DNA from: an uncultured Candidatus Rokubacteria bacterium
Lineage (GTDB): Bacteria; Methylomirabilota; Methylomirabilia; Rokubacteriales; DASRDR01
Length of the DNA stretch: 64,000 nt
Direction of reading: 5' to 3'
Assembly (NCBI GenBank): GCA_963826115.1
Contig: CAWGVS010000006.1
Location: 992,001 to 1,056,000, forward strand
Numbering within the stretch: position 1 is the stretch's first letter; every line of letters begins with the position of its first letter. A program made the translations under genes and the position numbers. A model generated the notes under the pieces. That model had not been told where the DNA came from. It worked only from the letters and a program-made list of their open reading frames with translations, and made no database searches. Shown here piece by piece: positions 27,982 to 37,815 of the stretch.

Positions 27982-29159
27982 CGGCAACCGGCGCGGCGGT
28001 CGACGTCGCGGTCGTGGGTGCCGGGCCCGCGGGGGCGACGGTGGCGCTCGTCCTTGCCCGGGCGGGCGTGGCGGTCGCGCTCCTCGACCGGGCGCCGCTC
28101 CCGCGGGACAAGACGTGCGGCGGCGGCGTGGTCGCGCGGGCCCTCGACGCGATCCCCGCCGGCGTGGAGCTTCCCGTCGAGCGGCGCCTCGGGCGGGTCG
28201 AGTCACGGTTCCGGGACGCGGGGGTGGCCGTGACCGTCGAGCGGTCGGTGCCGCTCGTCCACATGACGATGCGCGCGCCGCTCGACCTCGCGATCGCCGA
28301 GGCCGCGCGCGCCGCCGGCGCCCGGCTCGAGGCCCCGCGCGCCGTGGAGCGCGTCCGGCTCGAGGCGGATCACGTCGAGCTCGAGACGACGGGCGGGTTT
28401 CTTCGCGCGGGGTTCCTGGTCGCGGCCGACGGCGCCACCGGGTCCACCGCGCGCGCGGCGGGGTGGACGGAGCCGCTCGACTCGGTGCCCGCCCTCGAGG
28501 CCGAGGTCGAGGTGCCGCCCGCGGTCATGGCGCGCTTCGCGGATCGCGCCCGATTCGATCTCGGCGTTCCCGAGGGCGGCTACGGCTGGGTGTTCCCGAA
28601 GGCCGATCACCTCTCGGTCGGTGTCGGCGTCTTCGCGCGCGGCGACGCGCGGCGGCGCCTCCGCGACGAGCTCTCGCGCTACCTCGCCGACGCCGGCCTC
28701 GGCGAGGCGCGGGTGCGGCGTCTTCGCGGCGCCCCGATCCCGGTGCGGGCCCGCCGGGATCCCGCGCGCGGCCGTGTCCTCCTCGTCGGCGACGCCGCGG
28801 GCCTGGCGGATCCGCTCACGGGGGAGGGGATCTCGCTCGCGATGCTGAGCGGGCGCCTCGCCGCGGAGTCGCTCCTCCAGGCAGGTCTGGGCGCCGGTGC
28901 CGCGCGAGTCTACCGCGCGGCTCTCCGGCGGCGCGTCCTCGGCGAGCTCCGCATCGCGCGAGGCCTCGCGTGGGTGCTCTATCGCCGGCCGGGCCTCGCA
29001 CGCCGGCTCCTCCCGAGCCTGGGCCAGCTGGCCGGCGAGGCGCTGACGGAGGTCGTGGCGGGCCATCGCACGTATCGGTCCCTGATCGAGAGCGGCCGCG
29101 CGTGGCGACGGCTCCTGGCCATCCTCCTTCTCCGACCACCGTCCCCTCGGCCGGCATGA
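27966..29159 (+). CDS. Geranylgeranyl reductase-family FAD oxidoreductase
   Basis: VVGAGPAG, RDKTCGGG, AADG, GYGWVFP, GDAAG..DPLTGEGI. Confidence 0.9.
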   Translation: MEGPLTATGAAVDVAVVGAGPAGATVALVLARAGVAVALLDRAPLPRDKTCGGGVVARALDAIPAGVELPVERRLGRVESRFRDAGVAVTVERSVPLVHMTMRAPLDLAIAEAARAAGARLEAPRAVERVRLEADHVELETTGGFLRAGFLVAADGATGSTARAAGWTEPLDSVPALEAEVEVPPAVMARFADRARFDLGVPEGGYGWVFPKADHLSVGVGVFARGDARRRLRDELSRYLADAGLGEARVRRLRGAPIPVRARRDPARGRVLLVGDAAGLADPLTGEGISLAMLSGRLAAESLLQAGLGAGAARVYRAALRRRVLGELRIARGLAWVLYRRPGLARRLLPSLGQLAGEALTEVVAGHRTYRSLIESGRAWRRLLAILLLRPPSPRPA

Positions 29160-29196
29160 GGGGGCACGCGGCACGCGCTCCCACGGAGGTCAGTCG

Positions 29197-29913
29197 ATGA
29201 CAGAGGCTCCGATCCCCGCCGAGAAGCTCGAGCAGCTCGGGCGCATCCCCACCCAGACGCTGATCGACGCCATGTGGGTCAAGCAGTGGCCGCAGTCGAT
29301 GATCCACGGCGCGCGGCCGCTGTTCCCCGGCCGGCGGATGGCCGGACGCGCCGTCACGCTCCGGTTCGTGCCTCACCGGCCGGACGTGGCGGCCGACAAG
29401 CCGAAGGGCGAGGCGTCGCCGGAGTACGTCGCCTTCGAGCTCTGCGGCCCGCACGACGTGCTGGTCGCGTCGTCGATCGGCCCGTGGGAGTCGATCGGCG
29501 GGGACATCAAGTTCTTCCGGCTCCACCAGCGCCAGGCGGCCGGCCTCGTCACCGACGGCGCCGTGCGCGACAGCGAGGCGCTCCGGGGCTACGGCCTGCC
29601 CGTGTACTGCACCTCGACCACGGCCAAGCAGGGACCGGCGGTCCACTGGCCCTGGGGCGTGAACGAGGTCATCGCGTGCGGCGGGGTCGTGGTGCGTCCC
29701 GGGGACGCCGTGGTGGGCGATGACGACGGCGTCGTGGTGGTGCCGGCGCTGCTGGTCGACGAGGTCATCCAGGTGGCGACCGAACGCCAGGCCGTCGAGC
29801 GCGTGGTCAAGCGCGAGCTCGAGCTCCACCCCGGGTCGCCCGGCCGCTACTACCCGTTCAACGAGGCGACCTGGAAACTCTACGAGGACTACAAGCGCCG
29901 CGGCGACGCCTGA
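29197..29913 (+). CDS. RraA/HMG-aldolase family protein
   Basis: GRAVTLRF.P.R, GG, VTDGAVRD, VRPGD..VGDDDGVVVVP. Confidence 0.88.
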   Translation: MTEAPIPAEKLEQLGRIPTQTLIDAMWVKQWPQSMIHGARPLFPGRRMAGRAVTLRFVPHRPDVAADKPKGEASPEYVAFELCGPHDVLVASSIGPWESIGGDIKFFRLHQRQAAGLVTDGAVRDSEALRGYGLPVYCTSTTAKQGPAVHWPWGVNEVIACGGVVVRPGDAVVGDDDGVVVVPALLVDEVIQVATERQAVERVVKRELELHPGSPGRYYPFNEATWKLYEDYKRRGDA

Positions 29914-29935
29914 TCTTCCGAGCGAGGCAGGGGCC

Positions 29936-30703
29936 TCAGACCGGTCGGCGCGCGGTCGGCGCAAGGTCCGCGAGTCGCACCACGACGGCGGTCACGTTGT
30001 CGTGGGTGCCGGCGAGGAGCGCCGCGCGGACGAGCGCGTCGGCGGCGGCCAGGGGCGACGGGGCCCGGCGGACGACGGCCCCGGCGTCCTCGACGTCGAG
30101 CACGTCCCAGATTCCGTCGGTCGCGAGCACGAGCGCGACGTCGTCGGCCTCGAGCGCGTGCCGGCGGACCTCGGGCTCCGCGATCACGCCCACCGCCCGG
30201 AACCACCGGTCGCCCAGGCTCCGGGTCATCATGAGCCCGCGGCTGCCCCGGACGACGTAGGGCGGCTCGAGCCCGGCGCCCATCCGGAGGACGCGAGCCC
30301 GCTCGTCATCGGCCTCGATCCGGTGGTCGCGCGTCAGGGCGGTGGCGCCGGCCCGGCCGATGCGGACGACGCGACTGTCACCGACATGGGCCGTGACGAG
30401 CGTGTCGCCGGTCAGGAGGAGTGCCGCGGCCGTCGAGCCGCAGTCGAGGTCGTCCGTCGCCTCCGCCAGCTCCTCGAACCCCTGCCGGAGGGCGTCGGGC
30501 GGCTCGCGCCCGGCCTGGAGCGCCCGGAGGACCGCCAGGTGAAGCCCGGCCGCGGCGCGGTCCGCCGCCTCGGCGCCGCCGTGGCCGTCGTACACGGCGG
30601 CGAAGAGCCCACCGGGCGTGACGTGCGCCGCCCAGCGGTCTTCCATGTGGGAGCGCAGGCCGACGTCGGCGGCGACGCCGACCCCCGCCGGCAGCGCGGT
30701 CAC
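29936..30703 (-). CDS. PP2C-family Ser/Thr protein phosphatase
   Basis: R..MED, YDGHGG, GST, HVGDSR, RSLGD, ATDG.WD, DN.T; GTGA overlap with upstream stop. Confidence 0.92.
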   Translation of the reverse strand: MTALPAGVGVAADVGLRSHMEDRWAAHVTPGGLFAAVYDGHGGAEAADRAAAGLHLAVLRALQAGREPPDALRQGFEELAEATDDLDCGSTAAALLLTGDTLVTAHVGDSRVVRIGRAGATALTRDHRIEADDERARVLRMGAGLEPPYVVRGSRGLMMTRSLGDRWFRAVGVIAEPEVRRHALEADDVALVLATDGIWDVLDVEDAGAVVRRAPSPLAAADALVRAALLAGTHDNVTAVVVRLADLAPTARRPV

Positions 30704-31137
30704 GGCTTGGGGCGCACGGGGGCGTCGAGGCGCGGGCTGCCCGCCCACTCAACGACGGTGTCGTCGCCCTCGAGGATCACGTAGAAGACCGTCGGCCCGA
30801 AGGAGCTCGCGGCGTCGCCCCACACCCGCGCGATGAGCGCGCGCCGGTCCGACTCCTCGTCCGCGAGGATCAGCACGATGTAGTCCTTCGTGCCGTCCCG
30901 GTCCACGTCGACGATGCCGGGCGGCATCGCCTCCTCCCAGTGCTCGGTGCCCGTCTGGAAGCGGAGCGCCTCGCCGTCGGGCGCGAGCGCGAGCGGGCGC
31001 TCGTTGGCGGACACGAGCTTCGCCTGCATCTCGGGCGGGAGGAGCTGCACTTGAGCGGCAGCGACCGTCGGCCAGGCCACCAGGAGGGCCGCGGCGACGA
31101 GCGCGGCCGCGATCGCCCCGCGCGCGGCGATTGTCAT
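30700..31137 (-). CDS. Small secreted hypothetical protein with DxDxDG motif
   Basis: Signal peptide ending AAA; DVDRDGTKD Ca-binding-like loop. Confidence 0.65.
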   Translation of the reverse strand: MTIAARGAIAAALVAAALLVAWPTVAAAQVQLLPPEMQAKLVSANERPLALAPDGEALRFQTGTEHWEEAMPPGIVDVDRDGTKDYIVLILADEESDRRALIARVWGDAASSFGPTVFYVILEGDDTVVEWAGSPRLDAPVRPKP

Positions 31138-31997
31138 CGCCGCGTCGGCGTCTCGCCCGTCTGCCGGATCTCGTCCAGGACCGGCAGGAGGTACGTGCGG
31201 AAGCGCTCCGGGTGCTCGCTCATGGGGAAGTGGCCGAGCTCCTTCATGATCGTGAGCCGGGCACCGGGAATCCGGGCGGCCGTTTCGCGCGTGTCGTCGG
31301 GCGTGCACGAGAAGTCGTACTCCCCGGTCAGGAGGTAGAGCGGGCACCGCGACGTGTCGATCCGGCCGACGCGGTCGCGGAGGTCGCCTTCCGACCGGTA
31401 GAAGTGAAGGTCCCCGCGGAACACTCCCGGCCCGCCCTGCGCGTAGAGCCAGAGCGTCTCCCACCGCGACTCCGCGGGCGCGTGGGGCGCGATGAGACCC
31501 GACATGAGCGCGCTGCACAGCTCGCCGCCGTGGACGTCGGGGCGGTGGAGCCACGAGGTGTCGTCGTACCAGGGCGTCTGGTAGGCGGCGGCCTCGAGAC
31601 CGACCAGCGCGCGGAAGCGCTCGGGAGCGCGGAGGGCAAGCTCGAGCACGATCTTCCCGCCGATCGAGCAGCCGAGGATCACCGGCCGCGCGAGCCCGAG
31701 CGCCTGGCAGAAGGCGAGGATCAGCTCGACGTAGGCGGCGGTCGTGAGCCGGTACTCCTCGTCCTGCCAGCCGGCCGGCGGCAGCGACTTTCCGTGCCGC
31801 GGCATGTCGAAGGCGAGCACCCGCCAGTGCCGGGTCACGGCTTCGTCGGTCATCAGGTGCCGGAACTGCCGACCGTCCGCGCCGGCGGTGTGGAGGCAGA
31901 CGAGCGGCCACCCCTGGCCGGCCTCCTCGAAGTAGACGCGGTGCGTCCGGCCGCCGAGGTCGAGGTGGAGATACCGGCCCACGATCGGCTCGAGCAC
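31134..31997 (-). CDS. Alpha/beta fold hydrolase
   Basis: LHTAG, FDMP.HGKS, GCSIGG, GEYD, GHFP..E.P. Confidence 0.92.
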   Translation of the reverse strand: MLEPIVGRYLHLDLGGRTHRVYFEEAGQGWPLVCLHTAGADGRQFRHLMTDEAVTRHWRVLAFDMPRHGKSLPPAGWQDEEYRLTTAAYVELILAFCQALGLARPVILGCSIGGKIVLELALRAPERFRALVGLEAAAYQTPWYDDTSWLHRPDVHGGELCSALMSGLIAPHAPAESRWETLWLYAQGGPGVFRGDLHFYRSEGDLRDRVGRIDTSRCPLYLLTGEYDFSCTPDDTRETAARIPGARLTIMKELGHFPMSEHPERFRTYLLPVLDEIRQTGETPTRR

Positions 31998-32001
31998 GGC
32001 G

Positions 32002-32394
32002 TCAGCTCGCCGCGATCGCCCGGCGGGGCGCCGCCAGGACGTCCTTCACGTACCGGAGGTGGGCCATGAGCGGCCAGAGGTCACCCTCGACCCGCGCGAC
32101 GCCGAGCTTCTTCATGGCGAAGAGGTCGTGGTAGCCCGCCTCCGGCAACGGCTGCCAGAAGCGCGCCCACGCGTCGGCCGACGCCCGCACCGCGAAGGTC
32201 CACGACCGGAGGAGGAACGGGCCGCGCTCGACGGCCGTCACGCGCCCCGCGGCCACGTGAACCAGGTACTCCACGTCGTCGACGGCCAGGAGGAACGTGG
32301 TCGTGAGCCGCTCGCCCCGCCGGACGAGACCTGCGTCGGCGTTGACGAGGTCCGGGAGTCGGGTGACCACGCGCGCCGGGTCGGATGGAGGCAC
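32002..32394 (-). CDS. SCP2-like small protein
   Basis: W..FWQP.P..GYHDLFAM, VEGDL.PLM; GTG start 6 nt after TATCAT. Confidence 0.65.
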   Translation of the reverse strand: MPPSDPARVVTRLPDLVNADAGLVRRGERLTTTFLLAVDDVEYLVHVAAGRVTAVERGPFLLRSWTFAVRASADAWARFWQPLPEAGYHDLFAMKKLGVARVEGDLWPLMAHLRYVKDVLAAPRRAIAAS

Positions 32395-32522
32395 GGCGGC
32401 ATGATAGCGTAGCCGGTGTGCTCCGGGGAGAAGGCCGGCGCGTCCTTCGAGCGCTCCGGTCATCTCCGGTGAGACGGTTTGCTTTCGTCGCTCCGGCACT
32501 GCCTGCCTGAAGGGAGGCGCCC

Positions 32523-33119
32523 ATGGCGTTCATCCGCGAGATCCCGCCCGAGGACACCGCGGGGGAGATGCGCGTCCAGTACGACAAGAGCCGCGAGGCC
32601 CTGGGGTACGTCCCCAACTACGCGAAGGTGTTCGCCCACCGACCCGAGGTCTACACCGCCTGGGCGCGCCTGATCGGGGCGATCCGGGCCAACATGGACC
32701 TGCGGCGCTACGAGCTCGTCACGCTCGCCGCCGCCTCGCAGCTCCGGTCGAGCTACTGCATGCTGGCGCACGGGAGCGTGCTGCTGCGCAGCCAGGAAGT
32801 CACGAGCGACCAGCTCGAGGCGATCGCGCGGGACTACCACCACGCCGACCTGACGCCGGCCGAGGTGGCGATGATGGCCTTCGCGGAGAAAGTCACCACG
32901 CGGGCCCACGCCGTGACGGCCGACGACGTGGAAGCGCTCCGCCGGCACGGGTTCTCGGACGCCGAGATCTTCGACATCGCGGTGACCGCCGCCGCGCGCT
33001 GTTTCTTCAGCAAGACGCTCGACGCCGTCGGCGCCCCGCCCGACGAGGCGTTCATGGCGCTCGACGAGCGGCTCCGCGGCGTCCTGACGGTCGGCCGCCC
33101 GGTTCAGCGCGCGTCGTAG
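32523..33119 (+). CDS. AhpD/carboxymuconolactone decarboxylase-like (peroxidase-related) protein
   Basis: GYVPN, RRYEL..., SSYC..AH, G.SD.EI.D. Confidence 0.88.
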   Translation: MAFIREIPPEDTAGEMRVQYDKSREALGYVPNYAKVFAHRPEVYTAWARLIGAIRANMDLRRYELVTLAAASQLRSSYCMLAHGSVLLRSQEVTSDQLEAIARDYHHADLTPAEVAMMAFAEKVTTRAHAVTADDVEALRRHGFSDAEIFDIAVTAAARCFFSKTLDAVGAPPDEAFMALDERLRGVLTVGRPVQRAS

Positions 33120-33242
33120 CCGGGCGTCCGCTCCGTCCCGACGGGCCGGGAGACGCGGGGCGGCGTGCTACGCTTGACTCGCCTCTCCCGCGTGGCGATG
33201 GCCGCGCGGCCGGCCTCGGCGCAGAGCCCCGACGGAGGGAGC

Positions 33243-34709
33243 ATGACCCGCACGGTCGAGCCCGAGTTCGTGGGCCGGACCTACGACGACTTCCTGTTCC
33301 GCCCCCAGGCGAGCCCGCTCGCCTCGCGCCGCGAGGTGCCGCTCCGGACGGCGCTGACGCGCCGCCTCGTCCTGGATCTCCCCATCGTCTCGGCCAACAT
33401 GGACAGCGTCACCGACGCGCGGATGGCCGTCGCCATGGCGCTCGAGGGCGGGCTGGGCTTCGTCCACCGGGGACTGGCCATCGCGGCCCAGGTGGCGGAG
33501 GTGGCGCGGGTCAAGCGGACCCAGGGGCACGTCGTCGAGCGGCCGTTCGTCCTGGCCTGCGGGGCGAGCGTGCGCGAGGCGCGGGAGCTCGCCCGGCGGC
33601 ACAACGTCACCGGCCTCCTCATCGAGGAGGCGCCCGGCAGCGGCGTCCTGGCGGGCCTCCTCTCGAATCGGGACTGGCCATGGAGCCCGGCGCAGGACGA
33701 CCGTCCGGTCGGGGAGTTCATGACGCCGTTCGACCGGCTCGTGACCGGGTCGCCGGACGTCTCGATCGAGGAGGCGGAGCGGCGCATGTTCGAGCGCCGG
33801 GTGGAGAAGCTGCCGCTCGTCGACGGCGGTCGCCGGATCCGCGGCCTCATCACCAAGAAGGACATCCTCGCGGCGCGGCAGCGGCCGTACTCGACCAAGG
33901 ACGCGCGGGGCCGCCTCCTCGTCGGCGCGGCGATCGGCGCGCGCGGCGACTTCCTGGAGCGCGCGGCCGAGCTCCTGGGCGCCGGCGCGGACGTGCTCCT
34001 GATCGACATCGCGCACGGCCACTCGGAGGTGATGCGGCGCGCCGTCGAGACGGTCCGCGCCCGCTTCCCCGAGGTCGCGCTCGTCTGCGGCAACGTCGCC
34101 ACCGCCGAGGGCGCCGCGTTCCTGCGGGATCTCGGAGCGGACGCGATCAAGGTCGGCGTGGGGCCCGGGCGCGGGTGCCGGACGCGCCTCGAGACCGGCG
34201 CGGGCGTGCCCCAGCTCCAGGCCATCCGCGAGGCCTGGTGCGCGGTCGAGGACACGGTGCCGATCATCGCGGACGGCGGCGTGCGCGAGGACAAGGACGT
34301 CTTCCTCGCCCTGATCTCCGGGGCGTCGGTGGTGATGCTGGGGAGTCTCCTGTCCGGCACCGACGAAGCCCCCGGCCAGCTGATCGAGGACCCCGGCTCG
34401 GGCGAGAAGCGGAAGATCTACCGCGGGATGACGTCGCCCCAGGCCGTGTTCCGCGCGCTCTACGACGACGAGGAGCACGACGCGGTCGAGGCGGCGCTCG
34501 AGGTGCCGGCCGAGGGGCAGGAGATGCAGGTGCCCTACCGCGGCTCGGTGGTGGACATCCTCCGGCGGATTCGCGGCCACCTGCGCTCGGCGGTCAGCTA
34601 CGGCGGAGCGGAATCGCTCGCCCGGCTCCGCGCGAAGGTGCTGCCGGACCCGCTGCGCTACCTGATCCCGCTCTCCTCGGCGTCCCGCGCCGAGTCCTAC
34701 GAGCGCTGA
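33243..34709 (+). CDS. IMP dehydrogenase/GMP reductase family protein with CBS pair (atypical active site)
   Basis: TYDD, SANMDSVT, CBS domains, D.AHGHS, GNVAT, GVGPGRGC, ADGG, YRGM, EG. Confidence 0.88.
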   Translation: MTRTVEPEFVGRTYDDFLFRPQASPLASRREVPLRTALTRRLVLDLPIVSANMDSVTDARMAVAMALEGGLGFVHRGLAIAAQVAEVARVKRTQGHVVERPFVLACGASVREARELARRHNVTGLLIEEAPGSGVLAGLLSNRDWPWSPAQDDRPVGEFMTPFDRLVTGSPDVSIEEAERRMFERRVEKLPLVDGGRRIRGLITKKDILAARQRPYSTKDARGRLLVGAAIGARGDFLERAAELLGAGADVLLIDIAHGHSEVMRRAVETVRARFPEVALVCGNVATAEGAAFLRDLGADAIKVGVGPGRGCRTRLETGAGVPQLQAIREAWCAVEDTVPIIADGGVREDKDVFLALISGASVVMLGSLLSGTDEAPGQLIEDPGSGEKRKIYRGMTSPQAVFRALYDDEEHDAVEAALEVPAEGQEMQVPYRGSVVDILRRIRGHLRSAVSYGGAESLARLRAKVLPDPLRYLIPLSSASRAESYER

Positions 34710-34723
34710 CCGGGGGGACGCCG

Positions 34724-35779
34724 ATGCCGCCCGCGCTGCTCAGCCCCCGCGCGATCCGACTGGACGTCGCGACGGCCTGTCAGCTGCGCTGCCCGGCCTG
34801 TCCCACCACGCTCGGCATCATCCGGGACGACCTGGGGACCGGGTTCGTCCGCCTCGACGACTTCCGGCGCCTGCTCGAGGCCAACCCCGGCGTGCGCTCG
34901 ATCGAGCTGTCGAACTGGGGGGAGATCTTCCTGAACCCGGACCTCCTCGCCATGATGGAGCTCGCGGCGGAGCGCGGCGTGGCCCTCTCCGCGAAGAACG
35001 GCGCGAACCTGAACACCGTGGCCGACGGGGTGCTCGAGGGGCTGGTCCGCTATCGCTTCCGCGCGATCACGTGCTCCATCGACGGCGCGAGCCCCGAGAC
35101 CTACGCCGTCTACCGCCGCCGGGGCGACTTCGACACCGTCCTCGCCAACATCCGGAAGATCAACGGGTTCAAGGCGCGTTATGGCTCGAAGTACCCGAAG
35201 CTCACGTGGCAATTCGTGGTGTTCGGACACAACGAGCACGAGATCCCCCGGGCGCGCGCCCTGGCCCAGGAGCTCGGGATGGAGCTGCGCGTCAAGCTCT
35301 CGTGGGGCGGGACGTACCTGGGCGAGGACTTCTCGCCGGTGCGGAACCGCGAGGCGGTCCGGAAGGAGATATCGGGCGGCGTCGCCGACCGCACGGAGTA
35401 CGAGACCCGCTTCGGCGTCCGGTACGGCCAGCGGAGGACCTGCGCCCAGATGTGGACCGATCCGCAGATCAACTGGGACGGCCGCGTCCTCGGCTGCTGC
35501 GTCAACCACTGGGGCGACTACGGGAACGCCTTCCGCGACGGCCTCGCCGAGACATGCGGCGGCGAGCGCATGAGCTACGCCCGCGCGATGCTGATGGGCG
35601 AGGCCCCCGCCCGCGCCGACATCCCGTGCACCACGTGCGCCAACTATACGGCGATGCAGCGCACCGGACGCTGGATCACGGAGCGCGAGATCAGCCATGC
35701 CGGCCTCGCCCGGCGGGTCCGGAGCCTCCTGGGCTCGGCTCGCCGCGGCGTGCTGGCGCGCCTGCGCGGTCCGGCCTGA
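34724..35779 (+). CDS. Radical SAM protein with SPASM/twitch domain
   Basis: CQLRCPAC, WGE..LNP, SIDG; C-terminal C...W...DG.V..CC...CxxC. Confidence 0.9.
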   Translation: MPPALLSPRAIRLDVATACQLRCPACPTTLGIIRDDLGTGFVRLDDFRRLLEANPGVRSIELSNWGEIFLNPDLLAMMELAAERGVALSAKNGANLNTVADGVLEGLVRYRFRAITCSIDGASPETYAVYRRRGDFDTVLANIRKINGFKARYGSKYPKLTWQFVVFGHNEHEIPRARALAQELGMELRVKLSWGGTYLGEDFSPVRNREAVRKEISGGVADRTEYETRFGVRYGQRRTCAQMWTDPQINWDGRVLGCCVNHWGDYGNAFRDGLAETCGGERMSYARAMLMGEAPARADIPCTTCANYTAMQRTGRWITEREISHAGLARRVRSLLGSARRGVLARLRGPA

Positions 35780-35783
35780 CCGA

Positions 35784-36566
35784 TCAGAACAGCGCGCGGG
35801 ACTGCCCGCCGTCCACGTTCAGGCAGGCGCCGAGCACCAGGCTGGCCGCGTCCGAGGCGAGGAAGGCGACCACGCGCCCGACCTCGTCGGGACGCCCGAA
35901 GCGCCCGAGCGGCAGGTCGGCCTTCAGGAACGCGGCGATCCCCTCGGGATCCTCGCGCGTCCGCCGCTCCCAGCCGCCTCCGGGGAAGATGATGGAGCCC
36001 GGCGCGACCGCATTGACCCGGATGCCGAGAGGCGCGAGCTCCATCGCGAGCGCCTTCGACATGCCGATCTCGGCGGCCTTGGCCGCGATGTACGTCGGGC
36101 GCCGCACGTAGGCGCCGCCCCACTCGCGGCCGTAGATCGACACGATGTTGATGATCGCGCCGCGGCCCCGCGCGCGCATCGACGGGACGACCAGGCGGCT
36201 CAGACGCACCGCGGGCCAGAGGTTCAGGTCGATGGCCCGCTGCCAGTCCTCCTCGCTCGTCTCCTGGAACGAGCTCCCGGTGGAGCCCCCGACGTTGTTG
36301 ACCAGGATGTCGATCGCTCCGAAGGCGGCGCTCGCGGCCTCGAAGGCCTCCCGCACCCCGTGGGTCGTCGTGACGTCGGCGGCGACGGCGACCGCCTCGG
36401 CGCCCAGCGCCCGCACCTCCGCCGCCGCCGCGTCGAGCGCGTCCTTGCCGCGCGCGCAGAGCGCGACGCGGCAGCCCTCGCGCGCGAGCTCCAGCGCGAT
36501 CCCGCGTCCGATGCCGCGGCTCGCGCCCGTGACGAGCGCGACCCTGCCCCCGAGTCCGAGGTCCAT
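35784..36566 (-). CDS. SDR family oxidoreductase
   Basis: TGASRGIG, NNVG, YIAAK. Confidence 0.93.
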   Translation of the reverse strand: MDLGLGGRVALVTGASRGIGRGIALELAREGCRVALCARGKDALDAAAAEVRALGAEAVAVAADVTTTHGVREAFEAASAAFGAIDILVNNVGGSTGSSFQETSEEDWQRAIDLNLWPAVRLSRLVVPSMRARGRGAIINIVSIYGREWGGAYVRRPTYIAAKAAEIGMSKALAMELAPLGIRVNAVAPGSIIFPGGGWERRTREDPEGIAAFLKADLPLGRFGRPDEVGRVVAFLASDAASLVLGACLNVDGGQSRALF

Positions 36567-36720
36567 GCCTGTCCTCCCTGAGGATCGTGCCTGAGGTCGT
36601 GAAGGTCGGCGTCAGCCTAGCCGCGCCGACCGCGCCGCGCAACCGCGCCTGCGATCGCCCGACGCCCATGGGGCTTGACGGAGCAGCGCCTAGCGGCTAT
36701 TCCGTCCTCGGAGGGCTCCC

Positions 36721-37815
36721 ATGACTTGCTCCCTGCGCCTGCAGATCCGCGACGTCGAGGCCCGGGCGGTCGTCGCGCCCCTGAACCCGCCGGTCCGTAC
36801 TGCCTCGGGCTCGGTGAGCCACGCGCTCCTCGTGCTGATCGACCTCCACACCGAGGAGGGCCCTGTCGGGCGGGCGTACCTCTGCGCCTATCAGTCGGTC
36901 GCGCTCCGGCCGCTGCGGGAGCTCGTGCGGGAGCTCGGGGCGACCATCAAGGGCCAGGCCGTCGCGCCCGTCGAGCTCGACCGATGCCTCCGATCGCGCT
37001 TCACGCTGCTCGGCGGCGCGCGCGGCCTCCAGGGGCTGGCGCTGTCCGGAATCGACCTCGCCGCCTGGGACGCGCTCGCGACGGCGGCCGGCGTCCCCCT
37101 GGTGGCGCTGCTCGGCGGCGAGGCGCGGCCCATCCCCGCCTACAACAGCCTCGGGATGCTCGGGCCCGGTGACGCCGCCGACGAGGCGGCGAAGACGGCC
37201 GCCGCCGGCTTCCGCGCCATGAAGATCAAGATCGGCTGGCCCGCGCTCGAGCAGGACCTGGCCTCGGTGCGCGCCGCGCGGCGCGCCTTGCCCGACGACA
37301 TCGCCCTCATGGTGGACTTCAACCAGTCGCTTTCGGTCGCGGAGGCGATCCGGCGGGGCCACGCGCTCGACGACGAGGGACTGGCGTGGATCGAGGAGCC
37401 CGTGCGCGCGACGGACCTCCGCGGCGCCGCCGCGGTCGCCCAGGCGCTCGCGACGCCCGTGCAGATCGGCGAGAACCTCGCGGGGTCGTTCGATATGGAG
37501 GAGGCGATCCACGTCCGGGCGAGCGACCTCGTGATGCCGGACGTCCAGCAGATCGGCGGGGTGACCGGGTGGATGAGGGCGGCCGCCCTCGCGCACGCGG
37601 CGGGCCTGCCGTGCTCGAGCCACCTCTTCATCGAGGCGAGCGCCCACCTCCTCGCGGTCACGCCCACGTGCCACTGGATCGAGTACCTCGACATGGCGGA
37701 GCCGATCGTGGCCGAGCCGCTCCGCCCGATCGACGGCACGCTGCGCGCGCCGTCCCGGCCCGGGCTCGGGATCGCGTGGGACGAGGCCGCCGTCCGGCGC
37801 TACCTCGTATCCTGA
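36721..37815 (+). CDS. Mandelate racemase-like enolase-superfamily enzyme
   Basis: KIK, MVDFNQ, WIEEP, GEN, MPD, SSH, IEY match the mandelate racemase catalytic pattern. Confidence 0.9.
   Translation: MTCSLRLQIRDVEARAVVAPLNPPVRTASGSVSHALLVLIDLHTEEGPVGRAYLCAYQSVALRPLRELVRELGATIKGQAVAPVELDRCLRSRFTLLGGARGLQGLALSGIDLAAWDALATAAGVPLVALLGGEARPIPAYNSLGMLGPGDAADEAAKTAAAGFRAMKIKIGWPALEQDLASVRAARRALPDDIALMVDFNQSLSVAEAIRRGHALDDEGLAWIEEPVRATDLRGAAAVAQALATPVQIGENLAGSFDMEEAIHVRASDLVMPDVQQIGGVTGWMRAAALAHAAGLPCSSHLFIEASAHLLAVTPTCHWIEYLDMAEPIVAEPLRPIDGTLRAPSRPGLGIAWDEAAVRRYLVS

Noticed and set aside
34724-35779. Radical SAM-SPASM as a RiPP maturase
   Set aside because: No precursor peptide, RRE/PqqD domain, peptidase or exporter nearby.
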